DNA of 64,000 nucleotides from Antedon mediterranea (Eukaryota; Animalia; Echinodermata): contig NC_092671.1 in the NCBI RefSeq assembly GCF_964355755.1, positions 1,798,001 to 1,862,000 of the forward strand, written 5' to 3'. The notes under the pieces were generated by a model. That model saw nothing but the letters and a program-made list of their open reading frames with translations, searched no databases and was not told the DNA's origin. The position numbers and the translations under genes were made by a program. Shown in pieces: positions 1 to 12,700 of this stretch (its first letter is position 1; each line of letters opens with the position of its first letter).

Positions 1-544
1 CGTTGAGTTTTGAAAAGTTATGGAAATGTGGTCTAACATATAGCAATTCAGTTTTTTAAGGCCCTTCTTCCTTGTCCGAGCCTTTGGAAATATTAAAAAG
101 TTATATTAATATAATATATTCTGTGTTTTCATGTTTTGAGAAATTGTATATCATTTCAGATGTTTCGCGCTGCGCTTTTATTTGTTTCGCGCTTCGTCTT
201 GTTCGAGCTTCCTCCGTACATACCGATAATTAATATGATTTTTCATTTCATTTTTTGTACATTATTAACAAATAGCATACAGAACCCCATACAGAACATA
301 CCCTTCTCTGAGAAAACACTTGTGGGCGATTCCCCGAATACGACATGATGGAATAGCTTTGGAGACTTTGACTTTGGAGTAGGCCTAAATCGAAACGTCA
401 AGCAACTCAACAGTTCTTTTCAGAACTAATATAGGCCTACGTGGTGTACCGCAAATTTATATCAACAAATATGTAACTTGTTTAGCACGTTTAAAATGGA
501 TAGCAAAACATATTTTTAAAAAAAACCTGAATTATTTCAAACAG

Positions 545-2292
545 ACAGCACATTAGTTCAAACGGATAGCACAATAGATAGCTCAATCAAATGAATATAA
601 CTATGATATAACTGTACTGTGCATTCTATACGGATTATCGTGTAGCACATTCTTTCAAATGGATAGCACATTCTTTCAAATGGATAGCACATTCTTTCAA
701 ATGGATAGCACATTATTTCAAATGGATAGCACATTAGGTAGCACAATCAAATGGATATAGTACTGTACATTATTCTATGATTATCGGGTAGCACATTCTT
801 TCAAATGGATAGCACATTAGGCCTATTTCAAATGGATAGCACATTCTTTCAAATGGATAGCACATTATTTCAAATGGATAGCACATTATTTCAAATGGAT
901 AGCACATTATTTCAAATGGATAGCACATTGGGTAGCACAATCAAATAGATATAGTACTGTACATTATTCTATAAGGATTATCGGGTAGCACATTATTTCA
1001 AATGGATAGCACATTAGGTAGCACAGTCAAATGGATATAGTAGGCCTACTGTACATTATTCTATACGGATTATCGGGTAGCACATTCTTTCAAATGGATA
1101 GAGAATTATTTCAAATGGATAGCACATTCTTTCAAATGGATAGCACATTATTTCAAATGGAGCACATTATTTCAAATGGATAGCACATTGGGTAGCACAA
1201 TAGTATATGGATATAGTACTGTACATTATTCTATAAGGATTATCGGGTAGCACATTATTTCAAATGGATAGCACATTAGGTAGCACAATCAAATGGATAT
1301 AATTGTACTGTACATTATTCTATAGCCTACGGATTATCGGGTAGCACATTCTTTCAAATGGATAGCACATTAGGTAGCACAGTCAAATGGATATAGTACT
1401 GTACATTATTCTATAAGGATTATCGGGTAGCACATTTTCAAATGGATAGCACATTAGGCCTATTTCAAATGGATAGCACATTAGGTAGCACAATCAAATG
1501 GATATAATTGTACTGTACATTATTCTATAGCCTACGGATTATCGGGTAGCACATTCTTTCAAATGGATAGCACATTAGGTAGCAAAGTCAAATGGATATA
1601 GTACTGTACATTATTCTATAAGGATTATCGGGTAGCACATTCTTTCAAATGGATAGCACATTAGGTAGCACAATCAAATGGATATAGTACTGTACATTAT
1701 TCTATACGGATTATCGGGTAGCACATTCTTTCAAATGGATAGCACATTCTTTCAAATGGATAGCACATTGGGTAGCACAATCAAATGGATATAGTACTGT
1801 ACTGTACATTATTCTATACGGATTATCGGGTAGCACATTCTTTCAAATGGATAGCACATTCTTTCAAATGGATAGCACATTATTTCAAATGGATAGCACA
1901 TTAGGTAGCACAATCAAATGGATATAATTGTACTGTACATTATTCTATACGGATTATCGGGTAGCACATTCTTTCAAATGGATAGCAAATTATTTCAAAT
2001 GGATAGCATGGATTTGGGTAGCACAATCAAATTGAGCACATTGGGTAACACATTGCATCAAATGGGAGCCTACTGTACAGTTATTCTATTGAATTGAATT
2101 GAAATATATATTTATACTGGGTAACCTCTTCAGTCAAAGACTGGTCTCCCAGAGGGCCCAGTTGGTGATCAGTGGCTGTGATGTACTAATACACCGGGGT
2201 AACCCCCCACTCGTCTCGAAAGATGTACAGTACTAGGTTCTTTAAAGTACACACGAGCTAGATGTGTATTCTATTATCGGGTGTAGCACATT
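545..2292. repeat. Satellite/minisatellite array of 21-bp units (TTCAAATGGATAGCACATT[C/A]T) mixed with a longer recurring block
   Basis: Dozens of copies of ttcaaatggatagcacatt; 1-4 short units alternate with aggtagcacaatcaaatggatatagtactgtacattattctata..ggattatcgggtagcacatt; degenerate at both ends. Confidence 0.95.
2091..2266 (-). mobile_element. 5'-truncated SINE with Deu/Nin-like central domain, inserted in the satellite
   Basis: Flanked by direct repeat tattctatt (2082-2090 and 2267-2275); minus strand reads ttaaagaacc...tttcgagacgagtggggggttaccccggtgt and ends in a (ttcaa)n tail. Confidence 0.7.
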
Positions 2293-4803
2293 AAAATTGA
2301 GAGGATAAGATGGACATCATAATTTATTATTAAGGGGAAAAACAGCAAATCCTTACTGAGGGGACACTCCTATAAAGCGTACATTAAGGGGACGGGGAAC
2401 ATTTAAGCTCAGTGCCAATGTTCACTCAATATATTTTCCATCACAAAATAACAAAAAAGACGAAATATTTATATCCATTTATCGTTATTAAATAAAAATG
2501 GATATCATGATAATTATGATACTTTGTTTGTCTTGAAAGTTTTCATTGGTGAAACGTTGCCTGCTACATTTTGAATTTCCGAGTCCAGATCAGTATTGGT
2601 ATTGGTTTTCCGTGATCTATTCTAACCAATGAAACAATTTTTAGAAAATGATATATCTGATAGATATCATCTAAGTGATGTTTTACATATAAGTTATAAC
2701 GTTTAACTTTTCATTCTCCATACATTCAATTCTTTTAATATAGTTCTTGTATAACACCATATCAAGTAGTAGTAGAAATTATTGTAGGGTTTTCTTATTA
2801 TTCAGTCAATTCAGTGTTTCTATACAGAAAAGAGTAGTCAGTGGCCTTAACATCAATTAATTGTATAATTTGCACCCAAGGTCGAATAGCAAGAAACTCA
2901 GGTTCAGTTACATTGGTGTTCATTGGTCAATAGGAAATGAACAGCACACTTATGGGTGGTGACAAAGTTTAGTTATTGATAAGTTGTCCTTGGGAAAAAC
3001 ACATTAGTTGGGTTGACCATGGGCTGACAGAGTTAACGACTTCGTAACGCTATCCGGGGCTCCTGCGCCTAATGTTTCCAAATTTTTATGGAACAATTTG
3101 TCCTGAAGACACTTAGGCCTAATGTATATTTTTATTTTCTATCTTAAATTATAAGTGCCATTTTCAGACTATGGGGGGCTAAGATCCTGGAGGCACTAAT
3201 AAATATATTTTTACAAATTAAGTGTTATTTCCGGCCATCGTGCAGCTCTATTTTTCAAAATGTTCTTACCTCAGCCCCAGTGACCATGGGGCTGAGGTCT
3301 TGAAGACATATTTTTATATATTTAGCTAAAAAATTATAATTTTTTTGGGGGGGGGGGGAGGTTTGGTGTTGGTATCATTTGCAATTACCATTTTCGCACC
3401 CCAGATAGTGGGAATTATTAGTAAAAATATAAATTTTCAACGATATGGTGGGGATACAATGTTAGGCCCTATTTTGTGTCAGTTAGGGTTTATAGACATT
3501 CAACCGTTGGTGGCGATGTTTAGGGCCACATTTTGGGGATTAGTCATTATTTTTCCCACCTGGCATTATACAGGCGCGGCTACGGTATGGCATAATTTTA
3601 ATTTTATTGCATATATTAATACAATACAATACTATACCAACTTTATTCACATCATTATACATAAATAGTACAATACAATGTATGTGTGTGTGAAAACGAG
3701 CCAAAAAATAGCTTTCCTGTCACAAAAAAATACACAGTATATACATGTAATGTTTTTGCAGAGGGCATAAAAAAACATAAAAAGGTGTAGACTGTAAGTG
3801 TAACTGTTGAGTTCTGAATGTAATGACAAAACAAAATTATTATACTGAAGAAATTATTTGTAATATTGTGAAATTAGCAAATTATTTGGTAATTGTTTTT
3901 TTACACTCTCTCTAATAGAATACGTTTTTAATTGGTTTGAATTAAAATAATACAAGATACATTCTGATTTTTAAAATGATAAACTATGCCGAAAGGAAAC
4001 AGTGGTAATGATGTTATACTAAAATATCATACAGTACCAGTTTTTGAATCTGATTCTTCTTAAATAAATGTCTCTGATTGAGCTAAAATTAAATATAAAA
4101 CAGACATGTATGAATGTGTTAAACAATTTTAGTTTGTGTAGAAATGTTATGCAAATGAATCAAACTACCATCATTTTCTTAAAAGGAAATTTAAAGTAAC
4201 AAATTATAGTTTATACACAGCACAAGGATGTGGTATATAAATGAGGGTAGATTTCAGAGTAATAGAAGTTTTAGGATGAATGGTATATTGTTTCTAAAGG
4301 GTAATTAAAAAGTGAATGTTAGGGAGACACTTTTATGAAAGTTCCAACCACAGTTATAATTAGGTTATATGCATTATCATGCATATAACCTCTTGATTCT
4401 GTCAGAATCTTTATTTATTTATTTCTTTATTTATTCTTTCCTTAGCACTATTTTGTCTGTCAATTATCTTGATATCAGTTTCATCTAGCTAAGTCAATTT
4501 TTCAGAGTTTATTCCTTATGGCCAGGAATCGATGTGGTTATGTTTTCACTGTTTTATAAGTTGTTTTGTGACTGTGTAATTTGGTAGTAGTCACTCACAT
4601 ACTGTAGGCCTACATTTAAAAGTAACACATCCAAATGCCAACTTCAAGTCAATGGCTACCAGATGTCTCTGTGAGACGGTTATTTGAACCAGTACCAGTA
4701 CCAGTGCAATCAAAAATTACGCGGTCTACGCGCGATTTAACAAAATCACATTTGTAATCATATCTTCACAATCATGAATCACTTTTAAACCAAATTTGGT
4801 ACC

Positions 4804-4937
4804 TGTGGTAACGGGAACTAGAGTGGGCGTTGAGGGCAGGTGGTTGAAACACGAGGTTGAGAAAGAAAGTAGACAATAAAGTGTTGATTCATAAGACTGT
4901 GTTTTCTTGCTCTTATTTAAATTGTGTGGATACTACA
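4804..4937 (+). repeat. 5' LTR of host Gypsy element
   Basis: tgtggtaac...ggatactaca, matches 17802-17935; contains AATAAA. Confidence 0.93.
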
Positions 4938-5093
4938 GTACCCATAAATTTCAGGTCATATTTCATCATATGGCAATATAATTACGTGCGTAGCGCATAT
5001 AACGCATGCTTACGCGCGCTTAAAATTGTCAAAATTGTCACAATTTATTGTGTGTGTTTTCTTGCTCTTATTTAAATTGTGTGGATACTACAA

Positions 5094-5105
5094 TTGGCGA
5101 CGAGG
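5094..5105 (+). promoter_or_regulatory. Primer-binding site of host Gypsy element
   Basis: TTGGCGACGAGG directly after an LTR-terminal ...tactaca (5053-5092) and directly before the gag ATG at 5106. Confidence 0.8.
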
Positions 5106-5241
5106 ATGAACTATAATATAGTGAGTAAACCACACCCATTTCTGGAATCTCCAGGCACGCCCGTTGTTCAGTGGAAAACATGGAAAATAATATTTCAAAA
5201 TTACTTGTCGGCTGCTGACTTGGAGGGAGCGTCGGCGGGCC
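5106..5241 (+). pseudogene. gag: Host Gypsy gag, N-terminal piece
   Basis: MNYNIVSKPHPFLESPGTPVVQWKTWKIIFQNYLSAADLEGASAG; continues in frame at 7095 once the insertion and one TSD copy are removed. Confidence 0.85.
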
Positions 5242-7085
5242 GCGATTTTTTTTTTCGTACATAAGTTGGGGACCCCTCATGAAACGTCACAAAATAAACA
5301 TGAATAATTCATCAGTTAAATTTGTTGTTCCGTGTGCACCCAAGCGTATAGCAACACGTAGACTTGCCCCAAGTCTGTATTGTTTTTTTTTTTATTTATT
5401 TGTTTTTATTTCGACCGCGATTTTTGTCTGAAAATACAGACTTGTGAAACACGTATAGAAATCGATTTGCAGACCGCAAACATCCGATAAGAATGACGTA
5501 GGTTATCATACCGTATTTGGCTATATGGGGCGGGCGGTATGTAAATATGGATTTCGAATCAACCAATGATCATTTTGTTTCAAAATGAAAAAGATCGAGT
5601 GGCCTATACGTACAGTGCTGAATGTACGATCGAGACTGTTAAAATATGAAATCGTGTTGCCAAGTTGTTTTGTTTATTAATTGGTGAGTCCTTAGCCTAG
5701 GCCTCCTTCGTAGATCCTACTCAACTCGCACGTATGACCTGCCAAATAAAACGCCAATAAGGTAGGCCTACATAATACCACCACCGGCACACAACAGGAT
5801 TCACACACAACAGACAGGGCCGGCTATACACCACTACACAGAACAGGACAGGGTCTGGGTGGGAATTAAATCAAATTATCTCCGCGTAATATTAAATCAG
5901 GGAGATGTAAATTACATCTCCCTGATTAATTGATCCATATAAAATCCTTTCTAGCCTTCAGAAACTTTCATCAATGTACCCACAAGTACACATTGTCTAA
6001 ACGTAACATAGCGCATGCGTACCATCTTAGTTGTTGAGTCTTTGAAATTCTGAAATATGAATATTAAAACAGTGTACGAGTGAGTAGCCAATCGCATGCA
6101 GCTGAAACTAGTCAACCGGATAATCTATGCACCAAGAATTCTTGGTGTCAAACCACGTGACTTTTGCGTGTTTCCCCAGACGGAGTATCCAAACTCAAGT
6201 AATACACGTATGAAACGCCATATGTGCAAAAATATTAGTTTTTTACTAATACAGTATTAAGAAAAAACTCCGTCTGGAGCCCAGACTAAGCAACACGAAG
6301 TGATTACACAACTGCGATACGATTCATTCTACAATAATAGGCCTAGGATTCTCTAGGTCAATTCACGTTCAGGTCTTCACACACACGTCCACTATGCAAA
6401 ATGTGTCGAGTCGAGGCTAATCGACAGCTAGGCAAGACATTAAACTAAGTAGTAATTGGACATAGCCCCGAAAGCTTAGACCCACAATAATAAAGAATGT
6501 GTACAATTTGTGTACTGTAATTTTTTAATTCTGCTTTTATTATCAAACAATATGGATGTATGTACTCAAAGGAACTTTAAAAATTCGCGTATATGAACAC
6601 ATGAGATGGGAAGATTAGACCCACGAGAATAAAAAATGTATTTTTGTGTAATGTTTATTGTTTAATTTTGCTGACTTATTACTCGGACTGTGTCATACCT
6701 AACACACACGTCACACACACCCACCACACAGCTACTACTAGAATATACAGGGGTTTAGAGACTAGTAATTATAGGCCTAATAGTATCAATAGAAACTATA
6801 ATTTTAACACGTAATTCTTTAGTAATAAATTATATTAAAAACACCACAAACTAAAGGCTGATTATTTTGACAATCCACACAAAACGCCGCTATTCTATTA
6901 TGAAATCGCACGCGGCAACCACAGCGGAGATAGGCCTAGAATCGTACCGCACTTGTGTAATCACTTCTTGTTGCTATACGCTTGGGTGCACACGGAACAA
7001 GAAAATTTAACTGATGAATTATTCATGTTTATTTTGTGACGTTTCATGAGGGGGTCCTCAACTTATGTACGAAAAAAAAAATCGC
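5242..7085. mobile_element. Non-autonomous TIR DNA transposon, Mutator/MULE-like
   Basis: About 115-bp terminal inverted repeats (gcgatttttttttt...gcaaca / tgttgc...aaaatcgc); 9-bp TSD CGGCGGGCC (5233-5241, 7086-7094); no transposase ORF. Confidence 0.85.
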
Positions 7086-7094
7086 CGGCGGGCC

Positions 7095-7778
7095 GCCGCA
7101 AAGCTATCCTGATAGCGTCGTTAGGTACTGAAGCTCAACGGATTTATTACACTGTTTTGAACAGTAGGGCTACTTCGGCTGCCATACCAGGTGCACAGCA
7201 GGCAGCAGATGATGATAATGATGAATTTACAAGAGCATTACAATTACTTGGTGACTATTTTGAACCTAAAATTAACGTGGTAGCGGAGAGGTACAAGTTT
7301 CGTAGCCGATCTCATGAACCAGGTGAGAACGTTCAAATGTTTGTTTTAGCTCTTAAACACTTAGCAAGTACGTGCCAGTTTGCTGGGTTGCATGACGACA
7401 TGATCCGTGATCAGATTGTAGAAAAAACAAACTCTACAAGAGTACGTGAAAGATTATTAATGGAGAAAGACTTGACCTTGACCAAAGCTATTCAGATTGC
7501 AGAGAGGGTCGAAGCAGCTGAGAAGGAACGGAAAGCGATAGAGGGGATAGCGGTAAAGATTCCTGATGAACTCAATGCAGTACCAATGCCAGTGTGTGCA
7601 CAAACGCAGGTGAACAAAAGGAGCTACCGTAACAATGGTCCTAATGGGGAAGGAAAAAGACGATGTTTTCGATGCGGGTCACAACGCCACCTGGCAAATT
7701 CTGATGAATGTCCAGCAAGGAGTCGAGTATGCCGTCAGTGTTCCAGAGTAGGCCACTTTCAGCGCATGTGTCGGGAAG
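7095..7778 (+). pseudogene. gag: Host Gypsy gag, capsid-like region and zinc knuckles
   Basis: ERYKFRSRSHEPGE, DMIRDQIV, knuckles CFRCGSQRH and CRQCSRVGHFQRMC. Confidence 0.9.
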
Positions 7779-8617
7779 GGATTAGGCCAAGTTGAGCCGC
7801 CGACAAGTTGAGCCGCCGCCAGAAAAACGTTATTTTCTATGGAACGCCAAATGCTAACTTTCGCCGGTGCTCGTTCTATTTATATTAGAGATAACGATGT
7901 ACATTCAAAAGTTTATATATCATGGAGCTATAAAATTAGATTATAATTATTGCTCCATGTATATATCATGGTTTTTAGTATATATATTATTAAATATTAT
8001 AATTAATAATTATGAAAATCTGGCTTGTAGATTCCAAAATATTAAAAAACATCACCGAAAGTGATCGTTTTTAGCCAAAAATGACGTAAACATGTTGCCT
8101 CTCAGTCGGCAGTTGTATGAACTAGGCCTACTCCATTTTTCGGTAAAATAATTACATAAAATCACGTTTTTTAGTAAAATATTTTGTGTATTAACATTGT
8201 AAAATTCAATAAAATATGATATTAAAAGATTAGTAAATAAAAAATAATATTTATTTAACCTCATTCGAAGAATGTTAATACCCTATTAATTAGTCCTGAG
8301 AGAGGACAACGTGACTTTACGTGGTAGGCCTACACGCGAGAACAATTATGAGTGCACTGAATTTTTTCCTCGAAAGATTAAAAACAATTAAATATTACTA
8401 CTTTCCTTTGCTGTGTTGTTAATTGTAATATGTAATTAGGCCTATATATTATTTATTTTCATGACACAATAAACCAAGACCATGAACTTATGTACTAGGA
8501 CACCATCCTAATCACTACGCGAAATGTCGTAAAAGACGCATGCACTGGGCGTTTCATAGAAACCTGATAGAAATCACCGGCGGCTCAACTTGTCGGCGGC
8601 CCAATCGGTCATATCCC
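7779..8617. mobile_element. Non-autonomous TIR DNA element (superfamily not assigned)
   Basis: Inverted ends containing gccgccgacaagttgagccgccg / cggcggctcaacttgtcggcggc; 7-8 bp TSD TCGGGAA(G) at 7771-7778 and 8618-8625. Confidence 0.85.
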
Positions 8618-8625
8618 TCGGGAAG

Positions 8626-9360
8626 TTGGTAATGCAAATGTTATGCAGTGTTTCGATGGAGAAGCTAATGGTGAGTGCATGAGGAAGACAAATGTTTCAG
8701 TGACTATTCGTGTGAATAATGTGAACCTACCTTTTGTTGTTGATACAGCGTCAGATGTATCCCTGTTAAGTATGAAACTGTTTCAAAGACATTTTGTGCA
8801 GGAAGCACTGTACCCAAGTGGAGTTAATTTGTTAACTTATACAAGACAAACAATTAAAATTGTTGGGGAATTTAATGCATTGGTTAAGTACAAGTCAAAA
8901 ATGGCTACAGCAAAGTTTTTAGTAGTAGACCAAGGGTGTTCTATTTTGGGAAAAGATTTAATTCAAAGGCTAGCGTTAACAATTGATGGGTCAACTATGT
9001 CATGTTTGACAATGAAAGTTGAGAACTGTGAGGGTGAGGATACCAATATGGGTTGGGTAAAAAATAAGTTTCCCCATCTATTTGGTTCTGATCTGGGACA
9101 CATTAAAGGTTTTGAGCATACAGTTAAGGTTAATTCCCAAGTGCCACCTGTGCAGCAAGCACTGAGAAGACTGCCTCTGGCAGTTCGGGACAAAGTTACT
9201 AATGAGTTGAATAGGTTGGAGAAGGAAGGAGTTATTGAAAGGGTTAAGGGGGCAACCGATTGGGTGTCTCCATTAGTAGTTGTTTGGAAGAAAAATGGTG
9301 GAATACGACTTTGTGTGGATTTGAGAAAAGTAAATGAATCCATAGTAATTGAAAAACACC
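8626..9360 (+). pseudogene. pol: Host Gypsy aspartic protease and start of reverse transcriptase
   Basis: FVVDTASDVS, ILGKD, WVSPLVVVWKKNGGIRLCVDLRKVN; in frame with gag and with 14114 after removing insertions. Confidence 0.9.
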
Positions 9361-9552
9361 TGTCGTGATGTATGTGCTTGATGGTGAATGCTTTCTTAGA
9401 TTCAAACCCAGTAATAAACAGGCTCACACACATGTAGCATTAACCATATCGAAGTGCCTTTATTCACTCAAAGGTCAACCCACAATAGGTGGCAGCAAAT
9501 AATATATTAGTTGAGTCATAACTGTAGGTGGCAGCAGATCAATACTGTGACA
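9361..9552 (-). repeat. 3' LTR of nested Gypsy element
   Basis: Matches 13982-14108 (direct) and 12684-12778 (inverted); adjacent polypurine tract. Confidence 0.92.
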
Positions 9553-9762
9553 TCTCCCTTCTTTAAATATTGTGTCTAACTTGTAATTTAAAAATAAATA
9601 AATAGTAAAGTATCATGAATTGGTTATTGCATACGTGTATCACTGTTCGTTGTATGCTAGCTTATATAACTTTGTAAAACGTTCATATAGAGTTATTAGA
9701 TTGATATGTATAGCTACAGTCAAGTTCAAGTTGTGATTTATTAATATTATTATTATACTGTA

Positions 9763-12700
9763 TTACAAGTCCAGACGCTTTGGTGGATTCACTGTTCGGC
9801 CAGATCTAGTTACATATTGGTTTTCTTGTCCGATCGTAGGTGTAGGCATGAGCTTAGGTGATTCAATTAGTGGTGGTGTATTTGTTGGCTTGGCGTCTTT
9901 TAGTGTGTCAGGTTCACTGATAATGTCCTGTGAATCATCGCTTAGTGTTTTTTGGAAGGTTTCGCCAGTTGTCCGTATGTGTCGACGGTTTCTACGATAC
10001 TGGGCTCCTGTTGATGTGGTCAGAAGGTATGATCTGGGTTCTGAACTTGGTTTGTCTATGATCGCTGGTTTCCATTTCTTGGTTTTATAGTCTTGGACCC
10101 TTACGCTTTGTCCGTTCTGAAGTTCCTTGAGTGGTTTAGCATGTTGATTATAGTGAGTATACCATTTTGTTGAACGAGTAAATTTTGTGTGATCATACTT
10201 ATTGGTGCTTATTACCGGTAAGTTTGCCTGTATCTTGCGTCCAAACATGATCTCTGCTGGTGAGGGCATTCCTGCTTGAAGGGGTGTGGTGCGTAGACAT
10301 AGGAGTGCTAAGGCAGGGTCATCTCCAGCTTCATACGACTTCTCCAGCGCTTTCTTTGTGATACCCACAAATCTCTCTGCTTTGCCGTTACATTGTGGAT
10401 ATCTCGGACTGCTTGTAGTGTGTTTAAAATTGTAAGTGTTCGTGAACATTCGAAATTCATCAGAGTCGTACTGTTTGCCATTATCGCTTATGAATGTGTT
10501 TGGAATTCCGAATTCAGAGAATATGATTTTAAGTTTGCTTACGATTGCTTGTGAGGTGATACTTGTTAACTTCCGTATTATTACATACGAACTGTAGTAG
10601 TCCACTACCAGCAAGTAGTTGTGTCCGTTCCAGTGAAATAGATCAGATCCGATTATATCCCATGGTTTGCTGGCTTCAATGGGGATCAGTGGCTCTTGTT
10701 GCTGGGCTACTTGATTGTGTTGACAAACACTACATTGTTTGACCATGTTGTCAATATCAGAATTAATACCGCACCAGAATACTGATTCTCGGGCTCTAAG
10801 TCGACATTTCTCTATACCTTGATGTCCTGTATGTATTTTGTCAAGAATCTCTCTCTGCATTTCCTTTGGAATTATAACACGGTTTCCTTTCAGAACTACT
10901 CCATTGTGACTGACTAGCTCTTCTCGAAAGTTCCAAAAAGGCATTGCTTCCTTTGGGCACGTGCTATGGTTTTCTGGCCATCCTTCAGCAATTATATGTG
11001 TAAGGATGTTAAGTGTTTTGTCGTTTTGAGTTGAATGTCTTATCTTTTCCAGTCTGGATGCTGTAGTGCATGTAATGTCGTGAATGGTAATGTCGATATC
11101 CTTTATCTCTTCGCCCTTGACTGGCAACCGTGACAGTCCATCGGCAACGGGTATTTCTCGTCCCGGAATGTATTTGACGGTAAAGTCGTACTTCTGTATT
11201 CGAAGTAGCATTCGCATGAGTCTGGGTGGTGCATTCCTCAGATGTTTTTTTGTAATAGCCTCGAGAGGCTTGTGATCGGTCTCAATGGTAATATGTCTTC
11301 CGTATATATAATGATGAAACCGTTCAAGGCCAAAAACGACACCCAGCATTTCTCGTTCAATGTTACAGTAATTTCTCTCAGTGTCTGTGAGGCTTTTGCT
11401 TGCGTAAGCAACCGGTTGTCCATTTTGCATTAGAGTCGCTCCGAGGCCTCGCATACTGGCATCAGTTTGTACAGTAACTTCTTTTTTGTGATTAAAGTAT
11501 GCCAGCGTTGGCGTTGCGCTGATTGCCTCTTTCAGTTTTTTAAAAGCGGCTTGGTGTTCTGGGCCCCATGAGAAAATCACGTCTTTCTTTGTTAAGTCTC
11601 GAAGACAACTTGTGATGGTTGCCAAATTTGGAGTGAAACGTCCAAGATAATTGGCCATGCCCAGTAGTGATTGTAGTTCTGTTACGTTTGTTGGAGGTGT
11701 CATGTTTATAATTGATGTAACTTTACTTGGATCTGGTTCAAGACCCTTGTGTGTGAGAATATTTCCAAAGAATTTAATTCTTTGGGACTTCACCATGCAT
11801 TTGTTTGGGTTGAGTTTTAACCCAACTTCCTTTGTACGGTCCATGACACGTTTTAAATTAGCGTCATGTGTTGATTCGTCTTTGCCGAACACGACAATGT
11901 CGTCTGCGATGGCAATTACACCTGGTAGGCCTTCGAATGTCTGGTCTACCTTCTTCTGAAATACATCTTGTGCTGAAACTAGTCCAAAAGGTAGTCTTTT
12001 GAAACAGTATCGTCCATATGGTGTATTGAAAGTTGTTAATAGTTTAGATGCGTTATCAAGTTTTACGTTCCAATATCCGGAGCGAGCATCAAGAATTGTA
12101 AACAGTGTGGATCCCTGTAGGCTTGGCAGCACATCATCCAGTGTCTGTGTATAATGATGAGGCCGTTTAACATGTTTATTTAAGTCTTTTGGATCCAGAC
12201 AGATACGCAATTCACCTGTAGGTTTTGTAACATACACAATGCTGTTGACCCAGTCGGTTGGCTGTTCAACTTTCTCAATTATTTCAAGATCAATCATTCG
12301 TTGTAATTCCTTTTTTAGGGCTGTCTTTAATGTTTCAGGTACTCTTCGTGGAGGGTGAATGACAGGTTCTGCATTTTCACGCAAGTCTATGTGATATTCA
12401 CCTGGGAAAAGACCAACTCCCTGGAAACATGACTTGTATTGTGACAGTAGGTCTTCTTTGGCGTCGCCGTTTTGTCCAAATCTTATGGATGAAGTGATTT
12501 CAGATATATCACTTTTCTTGTGACACTTTATGCATGTATCTATGCAGTTTAGTGTAATTAGCTTTAAGTCGAGGCACGTGTTGAGACTAAGCATTGTCTT
12601 GCCGTCATCCTCCGTAATGTAAAAGTAAAGTTTTTTCGTTGTATTACCGTGTGTACATTTGTTTGTACAGTAAGTTCCAATGTACTTCGATATGGTTAAT

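Noticed and set aside
365-410. Second hammerhead-like or Penelope-like motif (ctttgac...cgaaacgtcaag)
   Set aside because: No CTGANGA box and no convincing helix II
545-2090. Possible CRISPR array, and ORF 558-746 (CYPFERM repeats)
   Set aside because: The intervening sequences are themselves repeated rather than unique spacers, there are no cas genes and the context is eukaryotic; the ORF is just the translated 21-bp unit
4857-5075. Duplicated small ORF MRKKVDNKV... (also 17855-18046)
   Set aside because: Translation of LTR plus flank from a TTG start; explained by the duplication
5690-6290. Possible further TAG...CTA element inside the MULE-like insertion
   Set aside because: Only one convincing end (ctggagcccagacta); no matching TIR or TSD found
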